NCBI GenBank assembly: GCA_963636745.1
Contig: CAVHKW010000086.1
Coordinates: 10,931 to 74,930, forward strand
Length of the DNA: 64,000 bases
DNA from: an uncultured Oscillospiraceae bacterium
Lineage (GTDB): Bacteria > Spirochaetota > Spirochaetia > Sphaerochaetales > Sphaerochaetaceae
Reading direction: 5' to 3'
Position 1 is the first letter of the stretch; the number at the start of each line of letters is the position of its first letter. Position numbers and translations under genes: made by a program. Positions 8,918 through 17,238 of the stretch are shown piece by piece. The notes under the pieces were generated by a model, which saw only the letters and a program-made list of their open reading frames with translations, had not been told where the DNA came from and did no database searches.

Positions 8918-10200
8918 ATTGATAATGCCGATACCGCGGCACCGATTATCGGAGAGGAGTCTATGTTGATTATTCTGTAGAAGAGAGAGTTGTCTCTTTC
9001 AAGAATTTCATCAGTGAACAGGCGTGTATATCTCTCGAGGAACGGAAGCTTGTAGAATGTAGTGCCGTCGGCATTAATCAAAATAGGATGGAGCGGAGAG
9101 TTCTTTTCGCTCTTCTCCTTCAAAGCCGCACTTGCAATATTTATGGCAGTAAGCTTAGCCGCTCTCACAACTATCGCTTTAAGGATGATATAAAGATTCC
9201 AGGCATCACGGTCATTTGTGACAATCGATCCGAGTGCCGAAGAAGCGTTATAAGGAGATCCGAGATAGCTCCCGACATCCATTGTCGAAAGAGTTTTGAG
9301 CTTATTGAAGCCATCCATGAATTCAAGAGAGAAGACATTCTCCTTTACAGCCTGAGACAGAGTGTAGTGGCAGAACGGTCCTATATAAGCCCCGCTTATC
9401 ATCTTCTCGAGGTGATAGTTTTCGGGATTGTTCGTGGTGTTTGTAAATCCGGTGTCGAGGTCGCTGAGTGCTATGTCGAGTGAGCCTGACTCCGTGTTGA
9501 TGATCTGCGCGCCATCAGAGAGATTCAGCTTCTTTATATTCTCGTTCTTCTCTATGTAAGCGGTATTCGTACCCGTTCCGAGGATGAAGCCCACATAACC
9601 CGATGCATCCACACTGCTCTCGGCCGCAGCTGCAAGAAGAGTCGCGACAGTGTCGTTGACAACGCTGATCCTGTAGGAAGATACATCATATCCGCGCTTT
9701 TGAAGTACCGAGAGGATATTCTTCCCCAGCGGTTTACCGATTGCTTCGGGGGCCTTTATCTCCTTACTGAAGAGAAGAGGAATACCGTCATGGTCTTCGG
9801 TTATCTCGGCGGCATAAGAGAAGCAGAACCCTATACGGGAGCTCTTTCCCATAAAACGCTCTATGTTATCTGCAAATATCGAGTAGAACTCGTCGGCGCT
9901 GACACATCTCTCAAAGCCCGGCATCGCCACCTTTCTGAATTCCGATATCACAGGTTTGCCGTCGTCCCCGAAAGAGACAAGACAAGTGCGGAAATTGGTT
10001 CCGCCCGCGTCCATTACGATGACGTTCTCACCCCTTTTAAGCTCACTGGGCCTACGAGCATATGTCGGAATCATCTTGAGGGAGCTCTTCTCTCCGCAGA
10101 GCCCTTTATCCATCTCCGAAAAGAACAGGGAGAGAACAGAGTTTGAATCGACATATTCCTCCCCGAGTCTATGTTCCTTTAAAAATTCAACTGCTTTCAT
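8914..10200 (-). CDS. Hexokinase (eukaryote-type hexokinase family)
   Basis: 428 aa. Motifs: MDAGGTNFR, GFCFSY, VVNDTVATL, GFILGTGTNTAY, INTESGS. Confidence 0.85.
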   Translation of the reverse strand: MKAVEFLKEHRLGEEYVDSNSVLSLFFSEMDKGLCGEKSSLKMIPTYARRPSELKRGENVIVMDAGGTNFRTCLVSFGDDGKPVISEFRKVAMPGFERCVSADEFYSIFADNIERFMGKSSRIGFCFSYAAEITEDHDGIPLLFSKEIKAPEAIGKPLGKNILSVLQKRGYDVSSYRISVVNDTVATLLAAAAESSVDASGYVGFILGTGTNTAYIEKNENIKKLNLSDGAQIINTESGSLDIALSDLDTGFTNTTNNPENYHLEKMISGAYIGPFCHYTLSQAVKENVFSLEFMDGFNKLKTLSTMDVGSYLGSPYNASSALGSIVTNDRDAWNLYIILKAIVVRAAKLTAINIASAALKEKSEKNSPLHPILINADGTTFYKLPFLERYTRLFTDEILERDNSLFYRIINIDSSPIIGAAVSALSI

Positions 10201-10203
10201 CTT

Positions 10204-10815
10204 TCACTCCTTTTCCCTGCGGTATTTGACATCCACTCTGTAGAACTCTCCGTTGAGTGTGAGCGTATCTGAATAGACATGCATCGTTCCCTCTTCGTCA
10301 CCTTCTATGTTGAACGTCCCCTCCATTATATACTCTTCTCCTCCTTTTTGAATAATTAAATGTGGCCTGCATTTAACAGAGAGAGACGCAAGGCTCCCGG
10401 TTGTGAGGTAATCAAGTTTGTTGATGCTGCTTTTTTCCGGGATATCAACCTCGCCGGAAATCACAACATCCCCTTTATTGTATCCGGCACTTTCGAGCTT
10501 TTTCTTCGTCTTCTTCATTGTCGCACCGTTCTGTGTGAGGTTATAAAGAGGGATCTTCCAGAACGGAATGTTATCGGGTTTTGTATTGAGAGTATCAAGA
10601 TATGTAGAGAGGTCGGAGTTATTGAAGATGATTTTATCCGGGATTATCTCATCGTCGTCTCCGACGAATGTCACCCCGTCGAGCATAAGCGTCGGGATGG
10701 ACGTACGCGCAAGAATCACAGAAAAGGCCGCCGTCTCCACATCCTCATAGCAGGGAGAGGAGTAAAGAAAGAGAGCCGGGAAAAGAAAAAGAAGTATAAA
10801 AAGGAGTTTACGCAT
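10204..10815 (-). CDS. Hypothetical secreted protein or lipoprotein
   Basis: 203 aa with an N-terminal signal peptide (MRKLLFILLFLFPALFLYSSPC). Lies 3 nt upstream of the hexokinase gene. Confidence 0.55.
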   Translation of the reverse strand: MRKLLFILLFLFPALFLYSSPCYEDVETAAFSVILARTSIPTLMLDGVTFVGDDDEIIPDKIIFNNSDLSTYLDTLNTKPDNIPFWKIPLYNLTQNGATMKKTKKKLESAGYNKGDVVISGEVDIPEKSSINKLDYLTTGSLASLSVKCRPHLIIQKGGEEYIMEGTFNIEGDEEGTMHVYSDTLTLNGEFYRVDVKYRREKE

Positions 10816-10885
10816 CGCTATAAGTCTACTTTTTTTTGTACTTTGAGCAATATCAAAGAAGGAGTTTGTCTGATAGAATAGAGCT

Positions 10886-12286
10886 ATGCGTGATACTTTT
10901 CTCTTCTACGACCTAGAAACATTCGGCCTCAATACCCGTTATGACAGAATCGCCCAGGTGGCGGCGGTCAGAACAGACATGGATCTGAATATAATAGATT
11001 CCCCTATTCTCATGTACTCAAGACTCTCTCCCGACTATCTGCCGTCTCCGGGATCCTGCCTTGTCACGCACATAACCCCGCAGGAGGTGAACGAGAAGGG
11101 ACTCAGGGAAGCGGAAGTAATAAAAAGACTTAGAGACGAGATGATGAGGAACAACACCATCACACTCGGATACAACACCATACAATTCGACGACGAATGT
11201 ATCCGCAGTGCATTGTACCGCAACCTCTACGACCCATATGAGAGAGAGTACCTCAATGAGTGTTCGAGGTGGGATATAATAAATCTTGTCAGAGCTACAC
11301 GCGATCTCAGGCCGGAGGGACTTGTCTTCAACACACTCAACGAAGCGGGATTTACTTCATTCCGCCTCACCGATCTCACCGAGGAGAACAATATCAAGCA
11401 GGAAGGTGCGCATGACGCCCTTGTCGATGTATATGCCACGATAAATCTGGCAAAGCTCATAAAGGAGAAACAGCCAAAACTCTTCATGTGGGCGCTTACA
11501 CACAGAAAGAGAGAGAGCCTCAAGGAGATAATCGACATCAATAAAAGAAAGCCATTCCTCTCCACGAGCGCCGCATTCGCATCCGAAAAAGGTAACACAA
11601 GGCCACTTCTTCCTCTCTTCTATACATCGAAGAATGACCTCTACTGCTTTGACCTGACATATCCCCTTCCCTCTGCTGTTACACTCGACAACTACACGGA
11701 GAGCGGTATCTATCATCTTTCAACCAACAAATGTCCATTCGTCGCCCCTCTCTCGACACTCTCGAAAGAAGCGGAGGAGAGACTCGGGTTTACTAAAGCC
11801 GAGGTAATGGAGAAAGCCCGCCTTGTCAGGGAGAGCGGCATCTTCAAGGCTGAAGACTTCAAAAAGAGCTATCCCCCATCCTCCGACGAAGATCCCGATA
11901 TTTCGATATACGGCTCTTTTCTCTCACGAGACGACAAATCCAGACTTGAAAAGATACAGTCTCTCTCGCCGAAGGAGAAACTCATCAAAGGGGAGAAGAT
12001 CCCGTTCGACAATCCAAAATACCACAAGCTTGTGTGGCGTCATGTTGCCCGCAACTGGCCTGAGGTATTATCAGATAAGGAGAAGGAGCAGTGGCGTAAC
12101 TGGTGCTCTGGGCGTCTCTTAGTACCTCTTATCAAAGAGGCCCAGTCGATTGATGATTATCTTTATACTTGTAATGAATTATTAAATAGTTTAAATACTG
12201 ATGGGGAAGACAAGAGAACATTATTGTCCCTCATTGAATACGGTAAGTATTTGAAAAAGACAATTGTTGACATGGAGAAAAACTGA
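10886..12286 (+). CDS. sbcB: Exodeoxyribonuclease I
   Basis: 466 aa. FLFYDLETFGLN...DRIAQVAAVRTD and HDALVDVYAT are DEDDh exonuclease motifs arranged as in SbcB. Confidence 0.85.
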   Translation: MRDTFLFYDLETFGLNTRYDRIAQVAAVRTDMDLNIIDSPILMYSRLSPDYLPSPGSCLVTHITPQEVNEKGLREAEVIKRLRDEMMRNNTITLGYNTIQFDDECIRSALYRNLYDPYEREYLNECSRWDIINLVRATRDLRPEGLVFNTLNEAGFTSFRLTDLTEENNIKQEGAHDALVDVYATINLAKLIKEKQPKLFMWALTHRKRESLKEIIDINKRKPFLSTSAAFASEKGNTRPLLPLFYTSKNDLYCFDLTYPLPSAVTLDNYTESGIYHLSTNKCPFVAPLSTLSKEAEERLGFTKAEVMEKARLVRESGIFKAEDFKKSYPPSSDEDPDISIYGSFLSRDDKSRLEKIQSLSPKEKLIKGEKIPFDNPKYHKLVWRHVARNWPEVLSDKEKEQWRNWCSGRLLVPLIKEAQSIDDYLYTCNELLNSLNTDGEDKRTLLSLIEYGKYLKKTIVDMEKN

Positions 12287-13359
12287 TGAATAAATTGATA
12301 GATCTGCTTCCATCTTTTTCGCTTCAGCTGGAAGAGCTTGATAAAACGCTGAGTCTTCCCGAGACTCTCGGCGACATGAAAACATACAAGGAAAAGATGA
12401 TGGAACGCTCTCATATAGCACCGGTCGTTGAAAAACTCTCCGAAATGAAGAAAACAGAGGAAGAGATAAAAGATAACGAAGAGCTATTGAAGAGTGAGAG
12501 TGACCCTGAGATGGCCCAGATGGTGAAAGAGGAGATTACCTCTCTCAAAGAAAAAATCGAGAGAGACGAGAGGGAATGCAAGGTCCTTCTCATCCCGCAG
12601 GATCCACTTGAAGGCAAGAACATAATCATGGAGATAAGAGCAGGAACGGGAGGAGAAGAAGCAGCCCTCTTTGCCGCAGATATCTACCGCATGTATGTCC
12701 ACTATGCCGAGAAGAAGAAATGGAAGATAGAGGTGATGAGCGCGAACGAGACGGAACGCGGGGGCTACAAGGAAATTATTGCCTCCATCTCCGGTAAGGA
12801 CGTCTACGGCTCGATGCGCTATGAAAGTGGAGTTCACAGAGTCCAGCGTGTTCCCGAAACGGAGAGCGGCGGAAGAATCCACACCTCGGCTATAACTGTC
12901 GCTATCCTTCCCGAAGCAGAGGAAACCGACATCGTAATAAACGAAAAGGACCTCAAGATAGATGTCATGCGTGCAGGAGGCCCGGGAGGACAGTGTGTCA
13001 ACACGACCGACTCGGCTGTACGTATCACACACATTCCGACAGGCATCGTCGTCATCCAGCAGGATGAGAAATCACAGCTGAAGAACAAGAACAAGGCTAT
13101 GAGAGTTCTTAGATCGAGGCTCTTCGAAATGGAAGAAGAGCGTAAGATGAAGGAGCGCAGTGCCGAGCGTAAGAGCATGGTCGGAACGGGTGACCGCAGC
13201 GAAAGAATAAGAACATACAACTTTCCTCAAAACAGATGCACGGACCACCGCATCAACCTCACCTCCTACAATCTTGAAGGCGTTTTGAACGGTGAACTGG
13301 ATGAGTTCATCGAAGCATTGAAGATCCAGGCGGGAGAAGAAGCTCTGAAATCGTTATGA
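12286..13359 (+). CDS. prfA: Peptide chain release factor 1
   Basis: 357 aa. GGQ motif (GPGGQCVNTTDSAVRITHIPTG) and an RF1-type P-x-T tripeptide (VPETE). The start overlaps the sbcB stop (TGATG). Confidence 0.9.
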   Translation: MNKLIDLLPSFSLQLEELDKTLSLPETLGDMKTYKEKMMERSHIAPVVEKLSEMKKTEEEIKDNEELLKSESDPEMAQMVKEEITSLKEKIERDERECKVLLIPQDPLEGKNIIMEIRAGTGGEEAALFAADIYRMYVHYAEKKKWKIEVMSANETERGGYKEIIASISGKDVYGSMRYESGVHRVQRVPETESGGRIHTSAITVAILPEAEETDIVINEKDLKIDVMRAGGPGGQCVNTTDSAVRITHIPTGIVVIQQDEKSQLKNKNKAMRVLRSRLFEMEEERKMKERSAERKSMVGTGDRSERIRTYNFPQNRCTDHRINLTSYNLEGVLNGELDEFIEALKIQAGEEALKSL

Positions 13360-14195
13360 CGCTCTTTGAGTTGAAGAAAGCATTACTGGGTATCGAAAAT
13401 GATCTGGAGGACCCCTATCTTGAAGTAAGAGTCCTCCTGACAAGTCTTGGTTCCTCCCCCTCGGATCAGATCGCTTACTCCGACAGAACTGTCGATGAAG
13501 ATATTACAAAGAAAGCATTCGAGGATTTCAGGAGACGAATAGAGGGTACCCCGATGGCCTACATAACACACTCGAAAGAGTTCTACGGCCATGACTTCTA
13601 CGTAGACGAGAGCGTTCTCATTCCACGTCCCGACACGGAGACGATAGTTGACAAGGCAATCAATATATATAAAGAAAAGCGGTATAACGGAAGAATTCTC
13701 GACCTCTGTACCGGAAGCGGTGCCATAGCAGCATCCATCTCCAGTGCTCTCGGTCTTCCCGTCTCTTTCAGCGACATATCGAGAGAGGCTTTATCAATAG
13801 CGGAGAAAAACTACATTAATATTACAGGCCGAAAGGAAACGGATGCACGACTGGGATCCCTCTTCGAGCCCTGGAAGGGAGAAAAGTTCTCCCTGATCGC
13901 AACAAACCCTCCCTATCTGACAGAGGAGTGGTTTATAGAAACGGAGAGAAGTGTCAAAAGAGAGCCTCATGTCGCTCTTGTCAGCGATAACACAGACGGC
14001 CTCGATATAATTAAAAAGATTGTCTCATCTTCTCCTCAAGTATTGGAAAAAAATGGTACACTTTTAATTGAATGTGACTACAGACAGATAGATAACCTTT
14101 CTTCCCTATTGAAGGAAAACGGTTTCAGCTCGATCGGGATAGAAAAGGATATGGGTGGACTGGAAAGAGTGGTGTATGGAGAATATAAAGGCTGA
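13356..14195 (+). CDS. prmC: Release factor glutamine N5-methyltransferase (HemK/PrmC)
   Basis: 279 aa. SAM-binding DLCTGSGAI and catalytic NPPY (IATNPPYL). 4-nt overlap with prfA. Confidence 0.85.
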   Translation: MTLFELKKALLGIENDLEDPYLEVRVLLTSLGSSPSDQIAYSDRTVDEDITKKAFEDFRRRIEGTPMAYITHSKEFYGHDFYVDESVLIPRPDTETIVDKAINIYKEKRYNGRILDLCTGSGAIAASISSALGLPVSFSDISREALSIAEKNYINITGRKETDARLGSLFEPWKGEKFSLIATNPPYLTEEWFIETERSVKREPHVALVSDNTDGLDIIKKIVSSSPQVLEKNGTLLIECDYRQIDNLSSLLKENGFSSIGIEKDMGGLERVVYGEYKG

Positions 14196-16239
14196 AGAAA
14201 AAGAAGAAGCAAAGGCAATCGAAATCCCGAACAAGGAACTTGTCGACAGATTTGTTTCCAGAATTCTCAATTACTCGGATATAGACAAGGCCAAGATAAG
14301 CTCGGCAGCTGTCTTTGCGGCCAGGAAACACGGAGACCAGAAGCGTAAAAGCGGGGAGCCGTACCTCATTCATCCGATCGCCGTCGCCGAGATATTGATG
14401 AGCTTCAATATGGATGCCGACACAGTCTGCGCAGGGCTTCTCCACGACACAATTGAAGACACAGGCACAACAGAAGAGGAGATTGCATCCCTCTTCGGTA
14501 AGGAAGTTGCACAGATGGTCCAGGCGGTGACAAAGATCACCAGAATCACCCAGGACAAGTCCATCCAGGAAGCGGAAACCATAAAAAAGATGTTCTTCGC
14601 CATGAGCAAAGACCTCAGGGTAATACTCATTAAGCTTGCCGACAAGCTCCACAACATGAGGACGCTCTCGGGCCTCAGCAGCGAAAGACGAATAGCATAC
14701 GCAAAAGACTGTCTCGATATCTTCGCTCCAATTGCCGACAGCCTCGGTATGCAGACGCTGAAGAGCGAACTCGAAGACCTTTCCCTCAAGGCATTGAAAC
14801 CTGAAAGCTATGAATACATAAACACATACCTGCTTGAAAGAAAAGGCGAGTACACAGCATTCATCAAACAGGTGGCCAGAGCCATCGAAGAAGCATGCAA
14901 GAAAGAGGGTCTCGATAATATAGAGGTAACGGGAAGAGTAAAGCACGCCTACTCCATCTACATGAAAATCAAGAAGAGGAAGAAGGAGATAGACGAGATC
15001 TACGATATCCTGGGCATCCGTGTCATATGTAATACAACAGTCGAATGCTACACCATTCTCGGCATCATCCACTCAATGTGGATCCCGATCGAAGGCAGAT
15101 TCAAAGATTACATCGCAATGCCCAAAGCCAACAACTATCAATCCCTCCATACGACGGTTCTCGGGCCGCAGTCGAGGCATCTCGAGATCCAGATAAGAAC
15201 ATGGGAGATGCATAAGACGGCGGAGGAAGGTGTTGCTGCACACTGGGCTTATAAAGCTGCAAGCGGAAGCGAAAGCGGTGCCTGGAAAAGCATGGACTCC
15301 ATCAACTATCAGAAGATAGTCAAGAAAATCAAATCCTGGTCAAAGGAGATAGAGCAGAGCGAAGACTACATGGAGGAGATAAAGAACGAGCTTTTGAAAG
15401 ACTCCATAGTCGTCTTTACACCACAGGGCCATGTCATAGAACTACCTGTCGGATCGACTGCACTTGACTTTGCCTATAAAATCCACACCGAGGTCGGTAA
15501 CCACTGCTCGGGAGCGAAGGCGGACGGCTCAATCATCCCGTTGAATAAGCCTCTCGCCAACACCCAGATAGTCGAAATCATGACATCACCCTCGGCTCAC
15601 CCTAACCAGCAGTGGCTTGAGGCTGCAGCGGCAACCTCCACAAAGAAGAAGATAAAAGCATGGCTCAACAGATATCAGAGCGCAAACGTACCGGAGGTGA
15701 ATAAGCCGGTAGTAGCACAGCCGCTGCCAAAGAAAGTGCCGCAGCCTACCAATCCCGCAAAGCTCATCAACGGCACACTCAGCTATGTCTCCCCCGAAAC
15801 AAAAGGAACACTGATGGTCGGAGAGGACAGCAACATAATGTATTCATTTGCCAAGTGCTGCTCTCCTATGCAGGGCGATGACGTTGTGGCATATATCACG
15901 AGGGGACGCGGCTACATCATACACCGCAGAGACTGTTCAAACCTCAGCCATATGGCGGAGGTGAATGAGAGAACTGTCTCTGTAAAGTGGACCGGAGATG
16001 AATTGATGAAGCACTACCATGTTACGACAAAGATCGATCAGGATATCTTCGGACAGATCGAAAATGCCGTAAGAACACATGGTGGAAGACTCCGTAAGGG
16101 TACTCTCGGCATTGACGGCAACAGGCTCACGGGCGACTTCACGATAATCGCGGAAAGCGAAGATGCAATCAGAAAATGCACCTCCGCAATAAGAACAATA
16201 CCGACTGTCATCGAATTGACAGGGATAGCGGGAAAGTGA
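14155..16239 (+). CDS. rel: Bifunctional (p)ppGpp synthetase/hydrolase (RelA/SpoT homologue)
   Basis: 694 aa. HD hydrolase domain (HGDQKRKSGEPYLIHP, HDTIEDT), synthetase domain (RVKHAYSIYMKIKKR, DILGIRVI), and TGS and ACT-like C-terminal regions. The start is GTG 14155 or ATG 14176; both overlap the prmC end. Confidence 0.9.
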   Translation: MDWKEWCMENIKAEEKEEAKAIEIPNKELVDRFVSRILNYSDIDKAKISSAAVFAARKHGDQKRKSGEPYLIHPIAVAEILMSFNMDADTVCAGLLHDTIEDTGTTEEEIASLFGKEVAQMVQAVTKITRITQDKSIQEAETIKKMFFAMSKDLRVILIKLADKLHNMRTLSGLSSERRIAYAKDCLDIFAPIADSLGMQTLKSELEDLSLKALKPESYEYINTYLLERKGEYTAFIKQVARAIEEACKKEGLDNIEVTGRVKHAYSIYMKIKKRKKEIDEIYDILGIRVICNTTVECYTILGIIHSMWIPIEGRFKDYIAMPKANNYQSLHTTVLGPQSRHLEIQIRTWEMHKTAEEGVAAHWAYKAASGSESGAWKSMDSINYQKIVKKIKSWSKEIEQSEDYMEEIKNELLKDSIVVFTPQGHVIELPVGSTALDFAYKIHTEVGNHCSGAKADGSIIPLNKPLANTQIVEIMTSPSAHPNQQWLEAAAATSTKKKIKAWLNRYQSANVPEVNKPVVAQPLPKKVPQPTNPAKLINGTLSYVSPETKGTLMVGEDSNIMYSFAKCCSPMQGDDVVAYITRGRGYIIHRRDCSNLSHMAEVNERTVSVKWTGDELMKHYHVTTKIDQDIFGQIENAVRTHGGRLRKGTLGIDGNRLTGDFTIIAESEDAIRKCTSAIRTIPTVIELTGIAGK

Positions 16240-16282
16240 AACCCAATCGGAGAACGTAATCAAAAAAAACCAACTTTTCATC

Positions 16283-16337
16283 AAAAGTGTCACTTTTCTA
16301 GCCACTTTTGCTATTTCTTTTTCCATTACACTATATT
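16283..16337 (+). promoter_or_regulatory. Palindrome AAAAGTG-T-CACTTTT plus sigma70-like promoter (TTGCTA-N18-TATATT), copy 1
   Basis: Palindrome 16283-16297, extra half-site 16303-16309, -35 at 16308-13, -10 at 16332-37. Confidence 0.35.
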
Positions 16338-16428
16338 CAGCGCTGTAAGCGGATAAGGGTGTCACCTTGCTGTTCGGGAACAAAAGACGACTTTGTCGTT
16401 CTTATTCTTTGAAAAGGAGGTGAGCTGT

Positions 16429-16575
16429 ATGAATTTGAAGTTTATTATTTTGATTCTCTCAACAGTCAATGACGTTTTCGAGCTTGCTCGGAATTTCAGC
16501 TGGATGATGAAGTGTTTCAAAAAAGTAAAAACCAAAATAAATACCGCCCTACGCTCCACCAAAGCTAGGCGGTAA
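16429..16575 (+). CDS. Small basic protein, 48 aa (candidate type I toxin-like peptide), copy 1
   Basis: ATG preceded by AAGGAGGTGA with 8-nt spacing. Peptide: MNLKFIILILSTVNDVFELARNFSWMMKCFKKVKTKINTALRSTKARR. It is the internal-Met version of track ORF 16393-16575. Confidence 0.45.
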   Translation: MNLKFIILILSTVNDVFELARNFSWMMKCFKKVKTKINTALRSTKARR

Positions 16576-16710
16576 TACAACAAACCGAATAGCAAGGGGC
16601 ACCTCTTTACAGCGCCTTCTTGTAAAAACAATATAACACTGCCCGCAAAATTTGAAAAGACATAATCTCCACTTCAAAGAAAGTAATTTCTTGAAGAAGC
16701 AGAGCGCTGT

Positions 16711-16819
16711 CTTATCGAATGAATAAACTCCCTCTCAATACACCCGGCATGTCATAGACACAAAACCGGATCTCATTCCAGAGGAAACGGCGACGGTATT
16801 ATGAATCTGTAGTCAAAAG
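16711..16819 (-). pseudogene. Decayed duplicate of the 3' end of the CBS-pyrophosphatase gene
   Basis: Aligns to 17243-17370. Reads LTTDS*YRRRFLWNEIRFCVYDMPGVL..., whereas the intact gene reads LTTDSKYRRRFLWNEIRSCAYEMPGVL. It has a net 19-nt deletion. Confidence 0.8.
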
Positions 16820-16869
16820 TGTCACTTTTCTAGCCACTTTTGATGTTTCTTTTTCCATTACACTATATT
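16815..16869 (+). promoter_or_regulatory. The same palindrome plus promoter-like element (TTGATG-N18-TATATT), copy 2
   Basis: Identical to copy 1 except for two bases inside the -35 hexamer. Confidence 0.35.
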
Positions 16870-16960
16870 CAGCGCTGTAAGCGGATAAGGGTGTCACCTT
16901 GCTGTTCGGGAACAAAAGACGACTTTGTCGTTCTTATTCTTTGAAAAGGAGGTGAGCTGT

Positions 16961-17107
16961 ATGAATTTGAAGTTTATTATTTTGATTCTCTCAACAGTCA
17001 ATGACGTTTTCGAGCTTGCTCGGAATTTCAGCTGGATGATGAAGTGTTTCAAAAAAGTAAAAACCAAAATAAATACCGCCCTACGCTCCGGAAAAGCTAG
17101 GCGGTAA
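16961..17107 (+). CDS. Small basic protein, 48 aa, copy 2 (T44G)
   Basis: Same SD and ORF as copy 1. The only difference is codon 44 (ACC versus GGA). Confidence 0.45.
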   Translation: MNLKFIILILSTVNDVFELARNFSWMMKCFKKVKTKINTALRSGKARR

Positions 17108-17238
17108 ACCAAATACCGAATAGCAAGGGGCACCTCTTTACAGCGCCTTCTTGTATAGACAATATAACACTACCCGTAGAATTTGAAAAGATATAACTTC
17201 CACTTTCAGGATAAGCAATTAAATGGACAGGTAAAGAG

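Noticed and set aside
14125-15072. 315-aa minus-strand ORF
   Set aside because: It is antisense to the strongly supported rel gene and has no motifs. Shadow ORF.
16393-16428. TTG-initiated 12-codon N-terminal extension giving the 60-aa version of the small ORF in the track
   Set aside because: The extension would translate through the SD itself (EKEVSC is encoded by GAAAAGGAGGTGAGCTGT). The internal ATG with proper SD spacing is the credible start.
16338-16615. Alternative readings of the inverted-repeat-flanked element: MITE/IS remnant, retron msr-msd, invertible promoter, 6S RNA or tmRNA
   Set aside because: There are no target-site duplications or transposase. No reverse transcriptase or recombinase gene lies nearby. 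The arm mismatches are wobble-compatible on one strand only, pointing to RNA rather than DNA symmetry. The interior halves are not mutually complementary (so not 6S). There is no tRNA-like T arm (so not tmRNA).
16362-16631. 89-aa (and 79-aa, 16894-17133) minus-strand ORFs inside the duplicated module
   Set aside because: They start at TTG or non-conserved positions without an SD, and their N-termini differ between copies. The plus-strand 48-aa ORF has a consensus-like SD (AAGGAGGTGA) and is fully conserved.
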